Part shown: positions 38,371 through 52,866 of the stretch, piece after piece | How the letters are laid out: each line of letters begins with the position of its first letter | How positions within the stretch are numbered: the first letter of the stretch is position 1 | NCBI RefSeq assembly: GCF_001194135.2 | Contig: NC_068999.1 | Coordinates: 23,523,330-23,587,329 of the forward strand | Direction of reading: 5' to 3' | DNA: 64,000 nucleotides | Origin: Octopus bimaculoides | Lineage: Eukaryota | Made by a program: the position numbers and the translations under genes | The notes under the pieces: model-generated | Database searches by the model: none | What the model was told of the DNA's origin: nothing | What the model saw: only the letters and a program-made list of their open reading frames with translations

Positions 38371-38957
38371 NCCGAAGCGCCTCTGATGTGCAAATCGATT
38401 GTCGGAACTGGGTGTAGGGGTGAAAGACCAATCGAGCTGTCTAGTAGCTGGTTCCCACCAAAGTTTGCCTCAGGATAGCTGGCGCCAGCAGGAGAACGAC
38501 ACACAATTCCGTCCGGTAAAGCAAACAACTGGAGGCCCCTGGGACGTTGACAGCTTCGATCTACTCTTGAACTCAGAACGGGCAAAATGGGCCGCTCATC
38601 TCCCAATCGGAGGCGGCTGTATATCACAGCCATTATGACACGACGAATGCACGGTACCAAGTGGGCCACTTATGATAAGTAGACCTGGTGATGTGGGATG
38701 AACCGAACATCCGGCTAAGGTGCCCTACGCTTCACACATTAGATCCCTGAAAGGGTTTCAGTTGATATAGACAGCAAGCCGGTGACCACAGAAGTCAGAA
38801 TCCGCTCAGGAGTGTAACAACTTACCTGCCGAATCGACCAGCCTCCAAGATAGATGGTGCTGGAGCAAGCAACCGATGACAGACTGGCCAGGTGACAAGT
38901 TGCGCAATCGCCGGCGAGGCAACCTTCCGATGCCCGATCGAGTAGGAAGGCGCCGTG
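38371..38957 (+). pseudogene. Decayed 28S rRNA gene fragment
   Basis: Conserved LSU blocks GTAGGGGTGAAAGACCAATCGA..TCTAGTAGCTGGTTCC..CTCAGGATAGCTGG, GTGGGCCAC..GGGATGAACCGAAC and GAATCCGCT.AGGAGTGTAACAACT.ACCTGCCGAATC, with many CpG transitions and small indels. Confidence 0.92.
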
Positions 38958-40143
38958 TATTTTGAAAAAAAAATTCTGGAGAAAATAAAAATAGGGTGGG
39001 GAAGGTTAGTTTCAAAATGCTGATCTTTGCCAATTTTTTTGTAGATTTGTATTCTCCGTAGCTGAAAACGGGGGTTCGTGTAGAAAAAAAAATCTAAGAA
39101 AGTGGGGTTTTGGTGGGGTGGGGTACAAAAGGAAGTCTTGCCTGATTTTGTTATTCATTTGTTCCAGAAAAATTTTAGAAAAATGTTAGAAAGGTTTAAA
39201 CTTTGATCATTTCTTCCCAATCAGAAAATGGAATTCAGAAGCTGACATTTTCTGCGTGATAGTTGTCTATCACAACATTACTGACAACAAATTTTATTAA
39301 GCAAAATGAAAGAAATATATTACAATGACGGTAATTGTAAGAGGTTTTGAAGTTTTAATAAGTTGAAATGAATGAAGTCACGTGGGGTCTTTTCTGTTGC
39401 TGTCACAGTTTAAAAAATTTTAATATTAAGTGAAAGATTACAAATTTGCTACATTAATGTAATTTTTGATGTTGAACCAAATTTTGTTATTCACTTGTTC
39501 CAGAAAAATTTTATAAAAATTTTTTCTTAGAATATGTTGCCAATTGATTAACCCCAGGTCATCCACTGGTCGGTCTGACCTTAAACACCATCCCTAAACC
39601 CTAATTCTAGCACTGATGCTAACCTTTCATTTTTTAAATATTGTTCCATTTGTTTTTAAAGTTGGTGTACTGGTGTAGTTTTGTAGGCTAATTATGGAAA
39701 TGAAATTCATTTTTGTGACAAATTAATAAATAAAAAGTTAATAGCTTTTAAAGTTTGCAAATTTTAGGTAATTTTAACCAATCGAAAATCACACACATTG
39801 GTGCCTGTTTCCATTGTAACAAGCCAAGGTTTTGACTACTTAAAACTACTTAGGTGAAACTCTAAAAACTCAAGTTACTATGGCTAAACTTACATTAAAT
39901 AAAGACTTAAGTGAGTGGGTTATCAAAATCATTTGAACATTATTGAAAATAACTAAAAGTATTTATTTATGACATACTACATACTGAAGTCAATATATAT
40001 TCTTATAATGCATACTAGCTACGAATAGAAGTAGGGGAAAATATATGCCATAAAATGTACTTATTTAATTATAGTGTTTATTTCTAAGTAGATTAAGTCT
40101 TCTGGTATGTATTGATGTTGCATAGCTGTTGTGCTTTTGACAG

Positions 40144-40274
40144 TCAAATGAAGACATGTTCAAGAGAGAGAGAGAGTGCTAGAAGCGTTCAAGATGCAAT
40201 GATCCATACTCTCTCACATAGCCACATAAGATATTCTGATACTGGCCAATATGAAAATAATAGTGATATCTTTG
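40144..40274 (+). CDS. Candidate exon of unrecognised gene B (131 nt, phase 2-1; QMKTCSRERESARSVQDAMIHTLSHSHIRYSDTGQYENNSDIF)
   Basis: Acceptor tgtgcttttgacag, donor TTG|gtatgg, open frame in unique sequence. Confidence 0.45.
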
Positions 40275-42681
40275 GTATGGATGACTTTATTCCTACCCAA
40301 TATATTATGATATCATATACTAATGTACCAATGCAGCCTTCGTTACAATAAATGAATGAATGTACAAAGTTAATTTCCGTAAGTTTATATTATTATTGCC
40401 TTCAAATAAAGCCCAATAAAGCCCAATGTAGTCTCTATAATTATCTATAACCTGCAGTGAATTAGTACATTAGTAATTATTTTTCTTTCATATTGTATTA
40501 TTATGAAAATGAGTTGTGTCAGTTACAAGTTTTATTTTACAATTTGATTAATAATTTTTGGTCTTTATCTCAAGCTGTTGGCCTTCAATAGGCCCAATTT
40601 TAGTGATATTAGATATGTTCATATGTGGCTAGCTGGCAGAATCGTTAGCATGCCAGGTAAAATGCTTAGCAGCATTTTCTCTGTCTTCATGGTCTGGGTT
40701 CAAACACCACCGAGGTTGACTTTACCTTTCATCATTTCAGGGTTGAAAAAACTGGGGTCGATGTAATCAACTCAGCCTCTGCCAAAATTTAAAAATCGAT
40801 ATTAAATACATTGGATAAATTCTGGAATCCATTTTCAACATCTCAGATATCTCTGTTAATTTCTTTGGTATCTCTGTTTCAAACAACACTCTCCCACCTC
40901 TCTCCCTCCATCTTTTATAAACCAACCAACTTCCCTGATTGCCACAATTTTTCTTCTTCCTTTCCCATTCACACCAACAACTCTACCCCTTGCCTCTGTC
41001 AGTTCCTGCTTTTCCATTTACCCTTGAAGCAGAGATTCTGGCTTCAAACCAAGTTGCTTCAAATACCCACCTGTAATGAACCTGTAATGAACCCACCAAC
41101 CTGTAATGAACCCAACACCAAGTCTGAGCTATCAACAGCAATCATTGTCTCAGTGTCCCACCATCACCACCACTTGACTGCATTTCCTTACCCTCATCTT
41201 CAACTTCACTACACCCTCCTCTGCAACTTCCACCTTCTACACCCTGACCCTGCCATTGTCCTAGCTTCCTTGAACCTCCACTCCTCTCCTTTAACCCCCC
41301 CCCTTTTTTGTAACCATATTTCTGTTGAAATACACTGCCTTTGTTTCAATTAATTTTGAAAATAATGAATAATTTATTAAGATCACTTTGTCATTATTTG
41401 GACCAAAAATTAACATGAAATTTTAGTGGAAAGTTTTAATTTATATCACTTTAAAAAAGGAAGTTTGCATCATAGGATCAAGGGAAGTTTTTGACAGGTT
41501 GGTATCAAAATGGTTAAATGTGACTGGTGTGTTGGGGGATAAACTGCTCTTGGAAATAAAATCATTCTTATAATGTGTGAAAACTGGAGTGCTCACTCAG
41601 AGGAAACTCAGGACAACCAACTACTGGAACTGCAATATATGTATTTCCTTCATCCATCACTATCATAATTTAATGTCCACATTTCCATGCTTGCATGGGT
41701 CAGATGAAATATATTGGAACAGAAATATATTGGATGCCCTTCCTGTTGTCAAATCTCACCTGTTTCGAAGCAAGTTAATATTTCCCCCTAGCTAGATATC
41801 TTTTTACATGGAAACTATAAATAAAAACCCTTGCTTGTGTGACAATGATTCTTATCTACAACTATCATGTGATGTCTAGACAATGGTACACACACACACA
41901 CACACATGCACAAACACACACACATCATCATTTAGTGTCTGCTTTCCATGCTGGCATGGTTTGACTGGAACTAGCATGCTGGAGAGATGCACCAAGTTGC
42001 AGTCTGGTTTGGCATGGTTTCTATGGCTGGATGCCCTTCCTAATGCCAACCACTCCAAGAGTGTAATGGATGTTTCTAATGTGCCACCAGCATGGGTGCT
42101 TTTATGTGCCACTGGCATGGGTACCAGTCATATGGCACTGGCATCGGCCATGACTACGATTTCACATGGTTTTACAAGTCTTCTGAAGCACAGCATATCG
42201 CCATAGGTCTCAATCACTTGTCATCACCGCCATGAGGCCCAGCATTCAAAGATCATGCTTCACCACTTTGTCGCATGTCTTCCTGGATATACCACTAACA
42301 CAGGTTTCCTCCACAGTTAGAGATTAGCACTTTTTTTACACAGCTATCTTCATCCATATGCATCACATGGCCATACCAGTGCAATCATCTCTTGTGCACA
42401 CTACATCTAATTCCTCTTATGCCTAACTTTTCTCTGAAGATGCTCATACTCCATCATACATGCACACTGTCATGTAGCATGGCTGTTTGCACACATATAT
42501 ATTATGTGTGTGTGTCAAAATCATCATCGTTTCATGTCGGCTTTCCATACTGGCATGGGCTGGATGGTCTGATAGGAGCTGGCAAATCAAAGAGCTGCAC
42601 CAGGCACCAATTATCTGTTTTGGCATGGTTTCTACAGCTGGATGCCCTTCCTGATGTCAATTACTTTACAGAGTGTATGTA

Positions 42682-42724
<43 letters not shown>

Positions 42725-42738
42725 ACATATATTTATAT

Positions 42739-42817
<79 letters not shown>

Positions 42818-42859
42818 TATATAAATATGTAAATATGATATAAAACAATGGAAACAATC

Positions 42860-44720
42860 AAAAGATCACTTTGCAGCTGTGTTGAACTTTACCTCAGTCA
42901 CTAATGATGATGTCATAATGCCTGTTCTACAGCACACTCTAATACCGGGACTGTCTCTGGAGTCAACCTTCCTGGAAGTGGTAAACTCTATTAAACAGAT
43001 CTCTTCTGGTAAAGCAGCTGGCAGGAATGCTATTCCTCCTGAAATTTACAAACATAGTGGACAGAAGCTTTATAAGAAACTGCATAACCTCTTCATAAAC
43101 ATCTGGAAGTTAGGCTGTGTACCACAGGACTTCAAGGATGCCTGAATTCAACATTTGTATAAGAACAAAGGAAACAAGTGTCTATGATAATCATCATGGA
43201 ATATCACTTCTGTCTATTGTTGGCAAGATTCTTGCTCGACTCATTCTTGACAGGATCATCAAACATGTAAATAATATCTATCCAGAATCATAGTGTGGGT
43301 TTCGCTCTGGTCGTGGCACTATCAACTTAATCTTTTCCCACTGGCAGGTCATGGAGAAGGTACATGAGAAAAAAATCAAGAGTTGTTCTTGATATTTGTT
43401 GACCTTACTGAGGCCTTCGATACTGTTAGCCAGCTCAGTATACCTGACAAGATATTGAATGTTGTCATCTCCTTTCATGAGGGAATGAAGGCGGCTGCTG
43501 TCGTGTCCAGTAGGGAATCTTTGGCTTCCTTCAACATTACAAATGGCACAAAGCAAGATTGTGTTGTGTCTCCTGTTTTGTTTGCACTCTTTTCAGTGAT
43601 ACTGAAGTATGCTTTTGGCGACATACAAAGTGGTGTCAAATTCCAGTTTCGAACAAGTGGTGGACTATTCAATCATCAGCATTTCAAAACCAGAATACTG
43701 CTACGTACCAGCATCATTTGTGATCTACGTTTTGCAGATGATACTGCTCTAGTAGCGACCTCTTTAGAGGAAGCTCAGAAACATCTAGACCAGCTTTCTG
43801 CTGCATGTAAAGCCTTTGGTTTGACCATCGGCATAAAGAAGACAGAAGTAATCCACCAAACTTGTGCCCTACTCCTAAACAAATATGAGGTGTCAAGCAG
43901 AGTCCACCGGTTCACAATTATCCTTGATGGGAAAGGCCTATATTAAGTGAAGTCATTTGCATATCTTGGTAGCAAAAGTGAATTTGAGTGCTTCTCTTGA
44001 TGAAGAAATCGTCAGCCATCTTGCAAAGGCAACCAACACTTTTGGCAAACTCCATCATCGCCTATGGGATGAAAGGGGCATCAAACTTGACACCAAAGTA
44101 CAGGTCTATAAAGCAGCCATTCTTACTACTCTCTTGTATGGCTCAGAATCATGGATACCCTATAGACGACACAGTAATCAACTAGACATCTTTCACAAAA
44201 ACTGTTTGAGGACAATCTGCAGTTATTCACTAAAAGACAAAGTTTCTAATGCCAACTTGTTTAGCAAGTGTGAGATTGGTGGAATTGAAAGCTTCCTAAT
44301 ACAATCACAATTGCACTGGGCTGGCCTTGTGATCAGAATGAGTGACAAAAGAATACCCAGTCTTCATGCACAGCCAGCTTGAGAGTAAGCAGAGGAATAT
44401 TGGTCAACCATGGCTCAGATATAAGGAAAAGCTGAAGAGTGACCTGTTAGAGATGAAGGTAGCTCACAACACCTTTGAGTAAACAGCCTTGGTACAAACA
44501 AATTGGAGATCGTTGTGTCTAAATGGTATTAAAAACTTTGTTGCAACCAGCATTGACATGATTCAGGGTACAAGGCAAAGGAGAAAAGCAGCTGCAAATA
44601 TACCACCTGCACTGACCTGTAATCCTCATACTTACAACATCTGTGACCTTCTTTGCAAATCATTGGCAGGACATAGATGTCACATTCGACATAAGCATTA
44701 TGAGTGACAAAGAAAGAGTA
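42860..44720 (+). mobile_element. RTE-clade LINE, RT and C-terminal region, frameshifted
   Basis: SSGKAAGRNAIPPEIYK..VPQDFKDA, FVDLTEAFDTV, NGTKQDCVVSPVLF, LRFADDTAL, LLYGSESWIPYRRH and QLHWAGLVIRM. Confidence 0.93.
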
Positions 44721-46268
44721 CGTTGTCAGAGCCTCATATGTCGAAACCGATGGGAGAGTCCATCACAAACACATACACACACATGCACATATATGTATAT
44801 AAATATATATATGTATATGACAGACTTCTTTCAGTTTTCATCTACCAAATCTACTCACAAGGCTTTGGACAGCCCAGGGTTATAGTAGAAGACATTTGCC
44901 CAAGCTGCCATGTTGTGGGACTGAAACCAAAGATGACATAGTTGGAAAGCAAGTTTCTCAATCTCGCAGCAATGCCTTCATCTATTGCAGTGATATAGAA
45001 ATAATGTGAAGAGTTGCAATGAGCCCCAGCCTATATAATATTGAATAGCTGTACTCATCACAGCCTTGGGAATCACAATCATTCTCATATCAGCCTCTCA
45101 GGACCCACTAATTTTCTCAAATCATCATTATCATCGTTTAACTTTCACCTTCTATTCTGGCATGGGTTGGATGGTTTCACAGGAGCCAGCCAGACAGAAG
45201 ACTACCCCAGGCTACTGTGTCTGTTTTGGCATGGTTTTTACGGCTGTATGCCCTTCCTAACACCAACCATCCCGTAGAGTGGAACTGAGTGCTTTTTATG
45301 TGACATCCTTCCAAATGCCAGTCACTTCATAGTGTGGACTGGATGCTTTTTACATGGCACCAGCATTGGCACGGTCACCAATTAACTTGCAAGACAAGGA
45401 ATTTTAAGAGGGGAGGGGGTATTGGAGGAAGTGATCTTGTGTCAGATGATGAAAGGTTAGAGTGTGACAGAGAGGCAGAAACAGATGTCTTGCTATAGAG
45501 GAGGTACATGTTTACCTGGCCAGAGAGAAAGAGAGGAGAGGGAGGGGAGAGGAGAGAGTAAGTGAGAAGAAAAGAGGTAACAAGAAAGGATAGAAACAGG
45601 TGTGCTGGTTATGAAAGAGGTACACAAACTTTTTCTGATGTGTGTGTGTGTGTGTGTGTGTGTGTGTCTAAGTGAAATTACAAGAGATGAAAATTCTACT
45701 CTTGTGCCAAATAGTATACTGTTGCAAATAATGTGTAAAAAATCGAAAATTCAGATTATGAGTTTCGTGGACAAGTAAATAATTAAAAATACATGCAATT
45801 AGTTAATTTAACACAAAATAGAAAGCTCTAAGTTTAATAATAAATCTCTCCCTGTCCATACAGAAACAGGTATTCCACTTGTAGCAATATGTAAGAGAGA
45901 TTTGCTGCAAGGAAATGGTGAACAGTCAACAACTTGGAGAAGAAGGAGGAGATGTTGTTTAGCCACAGGTCAAAACTGATTGACCATGCCTATGATCAAA
46001 AAGTTTCTAGCCATGTAACAATCCTTCTTTCTCTGTCTTTGACTGCTTTATCTTTTATTTTTTACTTGTTTCAGTCATTAGACTGAGGCCATGCTGGGGC
46101 ATTGCTTTGAAGAATTTATAGTCAAATGTAGCGACCCCAGTACTTATTTTTTAAAGCCAGGTACTTATTCTGTCAGTCTCTTTTGCCAAGCTGCTAAGTT
46201 ACAGGGATGTAAACATACCACCATTGGTTGTCAAGTGGTGGTGGGGGACAAACACATACACACACATA

Positions 46269-47130
46269 CAGGGTGCGGGGAATAAACTGTCGTCTAAATT
46301 AAGCAAAAATGAAAATAACACTGACATCTCATTTTAACAGATATATTTATCAAAATTACACAAAAGTATCTTGAAATACTAAAAAGTAACTTTATTCAAT
46401 AAAATCGCCATTGGCTTCAACCATGGGTTCCAGATGACTTAGGAATCTCCTGCAACTCTTCTGGACGGTCTCCTTGTTTAAGTTGGTGAATGCTGCCATA
46501 ATCCTTGCCTTCAATTCATCTTTTGTGTTACAAGGAGTTTTGTTGGTCTCTTGCTCAACTGCACCTCACAAATAATAATCATGGGGGTTGTAGTGTGGAG
46601 AGTTAGGTGGTCAGATGTAAGGGATGATGTGGTCGCAGAAATTGTCTGACAGCCATGACTGTGTGGTGTGGTGCAGAGTCCTGTAGTCAGACACAGGGTC
46701 TTCCAGTAGCCACCTTCTTGACCCAGAGCAACACTACTCTCTCCAGGCACTTGATGTAGGCCTCTGTGTTGAGTCTGAGGTTGTGTGGGAAGATGAATGT
46801 AGGCATAATGTTGTCATCACTCCAAACACCATGATGTTAACAGGTTGTTTGATCTTTATCACTCTTGGTACATGTCCTCATATTGCACTGTCCTCAGCTT
46901 GACACCCAAACACTTGAAATGTTCGTATTGGAACTTCCAGTGTGAATGCCAAGCAGTACAGCATGTCATTTCCAAATTTCTGGCAGAATTAGTTGTGTCA
47001 TGGTGCTGTTTTTCTCACAGATGGTGCCCAACTGACCCTACTATACTGTATAGTCGACAAAATCAAAAACACAATGTACATGCACAAAATTAAAAATATG
47101 AAATAGCATCGATTTACTCATAACACCCTG
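46269..47130 (-). mobile_element. Internally deleted Tc1/mariner-superfamily transposon with TA flanks
   Basis: TA|CAGGGTG ... CACCCTG|TA ends. Minus-strand peptide FIFPHNLRLNTEAYIKCLE..QDSAPHH..PPNSPHYNPHDY..CNTKDELKARI. Confidence 0.8.
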
Positions 47131-47150
47131 TATGTATATGTATATATGTA

Positions 47151-47257
<107 letters not shown>

Positions 47258-47344
47258 AAACAGTTTGATTCAAACTCATTGGTACTCTTGAGTTTCAAGC
47301 ACAATGCTAGTCATCAGCCATTTTGAATTTAAATGACAGAAGCT

Positions 47345-47770
47345 GATTGCAACTGCCAAGCCCCACCATGTGCCCTGTAAAACAATCTTGTCTCTCAAGC
47401 GCCATAGTATACAGAGCTATCCTTATATCATCCAATGGTATTACTAAGTACTGTACGGGTATGACAGCTAATGCCTTCAAAGCAAGATACTCCCAGCATA
47501 TGCACTCATTCAGATCCAGGGATAGAGAGAACTCTACTTCTCTGTCTTGTTTTCTCTGGAGACTCTGTGATCTCCAAGATGAAATACCCAGCATCAAGTA
47601 AATTATTGTCGACAGAGTGCCACCATATTCACTCAGCACTCCCAACTGCCAGTTCTACCTCTGCAAAAAACTACATATCCTTCAACAACCTGCAGTATCC
47701 ATCAACAAGAAATATGGCCTATTATATAGCTGTCACCAGAGATATGCCCTTCTGGCAAATTTCAGACCTC
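47345..47770 (+). mobile_element. Penelope-like element GIY-YIG endonuclease fragment
   Basis: CPVKQSCLSSAIVYRA..KYCTGMTANAFKARYSQHMHSFR..STSLSCFLW, then CQFYLCKKLHIL..INKK..CHQ. This is the PLE GIY-YIG/CCHH motif order. Confidence 0.8.
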
Positions 47771-48208
47771 TGACTGCTGACAACCCGGACATACCACCTT
47801 TGCACTGCCTGTACCAAAGTCACCGCTACCAACCAACCCCATGAGCAGGACCACCATTTACCAATCCCCAACACTTACCAATTCCCAATGCGTACCATCC
47901 CTAATGCTTGTATGCATGCATGCAAATGCAAATGTGCATGTGTGTGTGCACACACACTGGTATGCATGGAAATATACATGTGTGCATATGAATGAATATG
48001 CTTGTGTGTACATGTATGCATGTATATGTCTGTACACATGTGCATGTTCGTCCAAGTGTGTGTGTGTGTGTGTGTGCAGATGATGCATGCCCATGTACAG
48101 ATGTGCACACTCTCATCAATATACACATGCACGCAAAACTATATGAGCACGTCTGCACACCCACATATAGAACTATATACTTGCACATGCCGCCTCTTCC
48201 TACTTACA

Positions 48209-48420
48209 CAGTAATCCCTCAACTGTCAAGGGTGTTACATTCGAACCCCCCCCCCACCGCAATAAGTGAAAATCCGCGAAGTAGAAACAATACTGTACTG
48301 TATATTTTTTTTATTGTTTTTTAATTTGTATATATTTATTTTATTATAAATGCAAAACAACACCACGGAGGAATCGACGTAAGCTTAAACAGTAAACCGC
48401 AATATGGCGAGGGATTACTG
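48209..48420. mobile_element. 212-bp pogo/Tigger-like MITE
   Basis: Perfect 12-bp TIR CAGTAATCCCTC / GAGGGATTACTG, with TA on the right side only. Confidence 0.72.
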
Positions 48421-48422
48421 TA

Positions 48423-49085
48423 TATTGGGTCATTCCATAAATAATGTGTTTTTTTTTCAATTGCTTGAACTAAAAGTCAGAGTGGGACGGGATAAACTAC
48501 TTGCATCAACTTGCTATAAAAGCAGGTAGTAATTTTACCTCGTGCTTATTCTTAGTGCAAGTTTTGAAGAGTGCAGTACAATTTTAAGTTATTTTTTTCA
48601 AAGCTGTAATGGAAGTGACAAAGGAGCATATTCAGCATATTTTGCTTTATGAGTTCAATAAAGGCAACAACGCAACGGAAAGTGCGAGGAATATTAAAGT
48701 GACAATAAGCATAAGCATAAGCCAGGGTCAATGGTGGTTCCAGAAATTCCAAGCCATTAACTACAGCGTGGAAGACAAGCCTCACCCTGGAAGACAAGCC
48801 TCACCCTGGAAGACCTGTATAGCTTGACAAGGACGTCCTGCAAACCCTGGTGTAACAAAATCCTATTGTAACTTTTGAGGAACTAGCAGAGAAGCTTGAA
48901 TTTGGTCAGTCAGTCATTCATTGACACCTGTGTGCCATCGGAAAAGTCAGCAAATTGGGTCAATGGGTTCCTCACAAACTTTCCAAGTGTAATTGCACAC
49001 AGAGAGTAAATGTGTGCTCCCTCTTTGCTGTCATGCCTCATGAATGAACCTTCTTTGGACCAAATAGTGACTGGTCACGAGAAAT
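48423..49085 (+). mobile_element. mariner transposon 5' half (left TIR and HTH), truncated
   Basis: MEVTKEHIQHILLYEFNKGNNATESARNIK..QWWFQKF..EDKPHPGR, GKVSKLGQWVPHKL (WVPHEL-like motif) and DQIVTGHEK. Contains an internal 19-bp tandem duplication. Confidence 0.9.
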
Positions 49086-49423
49086 GTCAAGCACAGAATA
49101 TTGCACATCCAGCAATGTGCAATATTCTTCCCGTTTAAGCTCAAATTGGTCAAATTTGGCATCTAATACTTACCCTACAATGTCATTCTAAAACTAAACA
49201 ACCACATCATCAAGATCTCAAAGCTACAAATTAATACATGATAAATTTTAAAAGATGTGAATAAATAAGTTTTACATTTAACAAAGTGATCTGAATGCTA
49301 AAGGCTCCTTTGCTAGTTTGTGGAGTGCATGTGATAAAGATTAAAGAATTTCTGATATTGAAATGGAGGAATCATATTGGTTATGTGGTTGGTGAAGGTT
49401 CTGGATGTAGGATATGTCATATA

Positions 49424-49901
49424 CAGGATGTCTCAGAATTAACTATCTATTTCAGTAAAAATTTTTAAAAAACTAAATTTTATTTATGTTTATCATGTTT
49501 AATATGTGTTAAAAGTATATGAATTTTTAATTTTGTTTATAATTTTATATTTTTAGTTCCATTCCTGTTGGATCCTGCTTATTCTGTCCACGACAGCTTT
49601 TTTTTTTTCAGTTTCTCTACCTCCATCCCCTGGATGGCGCAATAGTTTAGCTGAACTTAAAGAACACATTCAGTTAGCAGTGCAAGAGATAACTCCTGAA
49701 CTGCTTCAAAATGTGCTTCACAATGCTTAGGATAGATTTTCTGGGAGCACATGTTGAAAATTTTCAATAAAGTTTTGATGTAAGATTTGTACATCAATTT
49801 GTTTTGGTATTACAATTAAGTAATAAAAATAAAATTCTGTCAGTTGTCTTTCAAATTTGCCCAATTTCATTGAAGCAGATAGTTAATTCTTGAACACCCT
49901 G
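49424..49901 (+). mobile_element. Tc1-like non-autonomous element (478 bp)
   Basis: TA|CAGGATGTCTCAGAATTAACTATCT ... AGATAGTTAATTCTTGAACACCCTG|TA. Internal remnant SLAELKEHIQLAVQEITPELLQNV. Confidence 0.82.
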
Positions 49902-50203
49902 TATAAACAAAAAGGAAATAAACTAAATATTCTGCATCTATTTAAAGACAAGAGAAATAAAACTAGATGTTCTGCAGTGCAGTAAGACTTCTCACGCAGT
50001 TAATTATACTACTGAGATATTTTTATCTTTGGTTTCTGACTTTCTGACAACTATAAATTCTTCTAATATATTAGATTACTCCAGACAAACTGTTTATCAT
50101 CATAAATCGTTGCTAATCTATATCATATCAGTGTAGTTTGAAACATGATGTTTTGTAGCATTGAAGGTATTTCCTATTTACTTATTTGTATTCCTGTTCT
50201 CAG

Positions 50204-50341
50204 AATTGATCAAGGACATCAAGAATTGAAAGTCCAATTTAAAACCTACATATTACAATCTAAAACCTCAGTTTTGGGTCTGATTGGATGTATTTCATCT
50301 GAGATTTTCAATGACCACTCCAATGAGAATGCTGATGATGT
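50204..50341 (+). CDS. Candidate exon of gene B (IDQGHQELKVQFKTYILQSKTSVLGLIGCISSEIFNDHSNENADD)
   Basis: Strong acceptor ttatttgtattcctgttctcag and an open frame to 50348. The donor position is uncertain and weak. Confidence 0.35.
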
Positions 50342-52738
50342 GTGTTAGAAATTTGATAGATAAAAATACAAATGAATAAACAGATTTTTAAAAATCTGTT
50401 GTTCTCTGCAAATGTCAGTAGTCCTATGGCTTACATATTCTTTCTTCAAGAAAACAGGAACACACACACATGTATGTATGTATGTGTACATTATATATAT
50501 ATATATATATATATATACTGTTCTATATCATTGAATAAAATCTATTTAATCTGAACCACATGTTTTTAGTTACATTTTCATATGAACCTAATGCAGCTGC
50601 TAGTAAGATTAAATAGAAAAATGAATTATTGACATTTCACAAATACTCTGAATATAGATATTATGGATCTCCCTTTGTCTGGGCACACTGTTCTATATTT
50701 ATAGGTAAAATGAAATGAAATGTTGTAACAGTCAGGCCTCTAGCTCTCCAAGGATATTAGTAATATAAGTGAAGTAAAATGACTTCAAATGGAGAACATA
50801 AATGTCGATTTACAAAGTCTAGTAGAGGACAAATTAACATTTACTATTTAAAGGCATCATGTTTATAAAGATTTGTCTTAAAATAAATCTAAAGGGTAAT
50901 AGTAACAGTTTGTTTAGAGAGTGTGTTGTTCTTCAGACAAAAGACAATATATAATATTGTAACCCAGTATTTAAAGGTTGATAGTAATTATCATGTTAAG
51001 AACCATTGACAAAGAGCTGACAGTCACTGTCTTGTTGGTTTGTTGATGATTGTCCTACACTGAAATTCACTAAAAAAAAAAAAAAAAATAGAAATTAGAC
51101 AAAGCAAGAAATGAAGCAATTTCAATTGATTTATTATACACACTTGTTCAGCAAATCTGTAAGTCTTATATTGGTAGCTGGATCGTCATCGTCATTCAAT
51201 GTTCAGTTTTCCATGCTTGCATGGATCAGACAGAATTTGTTGAGGCAGATTTTCTATGGACAGATGTGCTTCATGTTGCCAACTCTCATTTGTTTCCCAT
51301 GGACAGACATATTTTTCACAAAAGACTGGAAACAAACAACATTGCTTGAATGATGGTTGTTGTTCGTTTACATTATCATCACACGATGTCAGGAGAAGGG
51401 TACAAGTTTGAGTGTTTAGAAATCGCTGATGTTTCACTCCATCTCTACTTACAGTTTCCCCACATCATATGTGGGTCAAGATGAATGACTGCATTTTGGT
51501 GGGAAAACTCTGAGTAGTGATAGAGTGAATCATCAGCTGTGGTAAGTAACTTACTTACCAACCACATGGTTCCGGGTTCAGTCCCACTATGTGGCACCTT
51601 GGGCAAGTGTCTTCTACTATAGCCTTGGGCCAACCAAAGTCTTGTGAGTGGATTTGGTAGACGGAAACTGAAAAGAACCCTGTCATATATACACGTACAT
51701 ATATGTATGTATATTNNNNNNNNNNNNNNNNNNNNNNNNNNNNNNNNNNNNNNNNNNNNNNNNNNNNNNNNNNNNNNNNNNNNNNNNNNNNNNNNNNNNN
51801 NNNNNNNNNNNNNNNNNNNNNNNNNNNNNNNNNNNNNNNNNNNNNNNNNNNNNNNNNNNNNNNNNNNNNNNNNNNNNNNNNNNNNNNNNNNNNNNNNNNN
51901 NNNNNNNNNNNNNNNNNNNNNNNNNNNNNNNNNNNNNNNNNNNNNNNNNNNNNNNNNNNNNNNNNNNNNNNNNNNNNNNNNNNNNNNNNNNNNNNNNNNN
52001 NNNNNNNNNNNNNNNNNNNNNNNNNNNNNNNNNNNNNNNNNNNNNNNNNNNNNNNNNNNNNNNNNNNNNNNNNNNNNNNNNNNNNNNNNNNNNNNNNNNN
52101 NNNNNNNNNNNNNNNNNNNNNNNNNNNNNNNNNNNNNNNNNNNNNNNNNNNNNNNNNNAAGGTCGACTTTGCCTTTCATCCTTTCAGGGTCGATAAATTA
52201 AGTACCAGTTACGCACTGGGGTCGATGTAATCGACTTAATCCCTTTGTCTGTCCTTGTTTGTCCCCTCTATGTTTATCTCCTTGTGGGCAGTAAAGAAAT
52301 AAGAAGCTTGCTTCTCAACCACATTGTTCCAGTACAGTCCCACTGCATGGTACCTTGGGCAAGTGTCTTCTGCTATAGCCTCAGGCTGACTAAAGCCTTG
52401 TGAGTGGATTTGGTAGACGGAAACTGAAAAGAACCCTGTCATATATACACGTACATATATGTATGTATATTTATGTGTGTGTCTTTGTGTCTGTGTTTGT
52501 CCCCAGACCCCCACTATTGCTTGACAACCAATGTTGATGTGTTTACGTCCTCATAACTTAGCAGTTCAGCAAAAGATACTGAAGGAATAAGTACTCGGCT
52601 TACAAAGAATAATTCCAGGGTCAATTTGTTTGACTAAAACCCATTAAGGTGATGCTCCAGCATGACCACAGTTAAACGACTGAAACAAGTAAAAGAATAA
52701 ACGAATCTCAGGGGAATAAATAACATGTTGATACCATT

Positions 52739-52866
52739 TAAAAAGCATTGGTGATGGTGCCACATAAAAAGCATTGTTGCTGGTGCCACATAAAAAGCAT
52801 TGGTGATGGTGCCACATAAAAAGCATTGGTGATGGTGCCACATAAAAAGCATTGGTGATGGTGCCT
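52739..52866. repeat. 26-bp minisatellite (about 5 copies) inside the head of a family C SINE
   Basis: TAAAAAGCATTGGTGATGGTGCCACA repeated in tandem. Confidence 0.93.
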
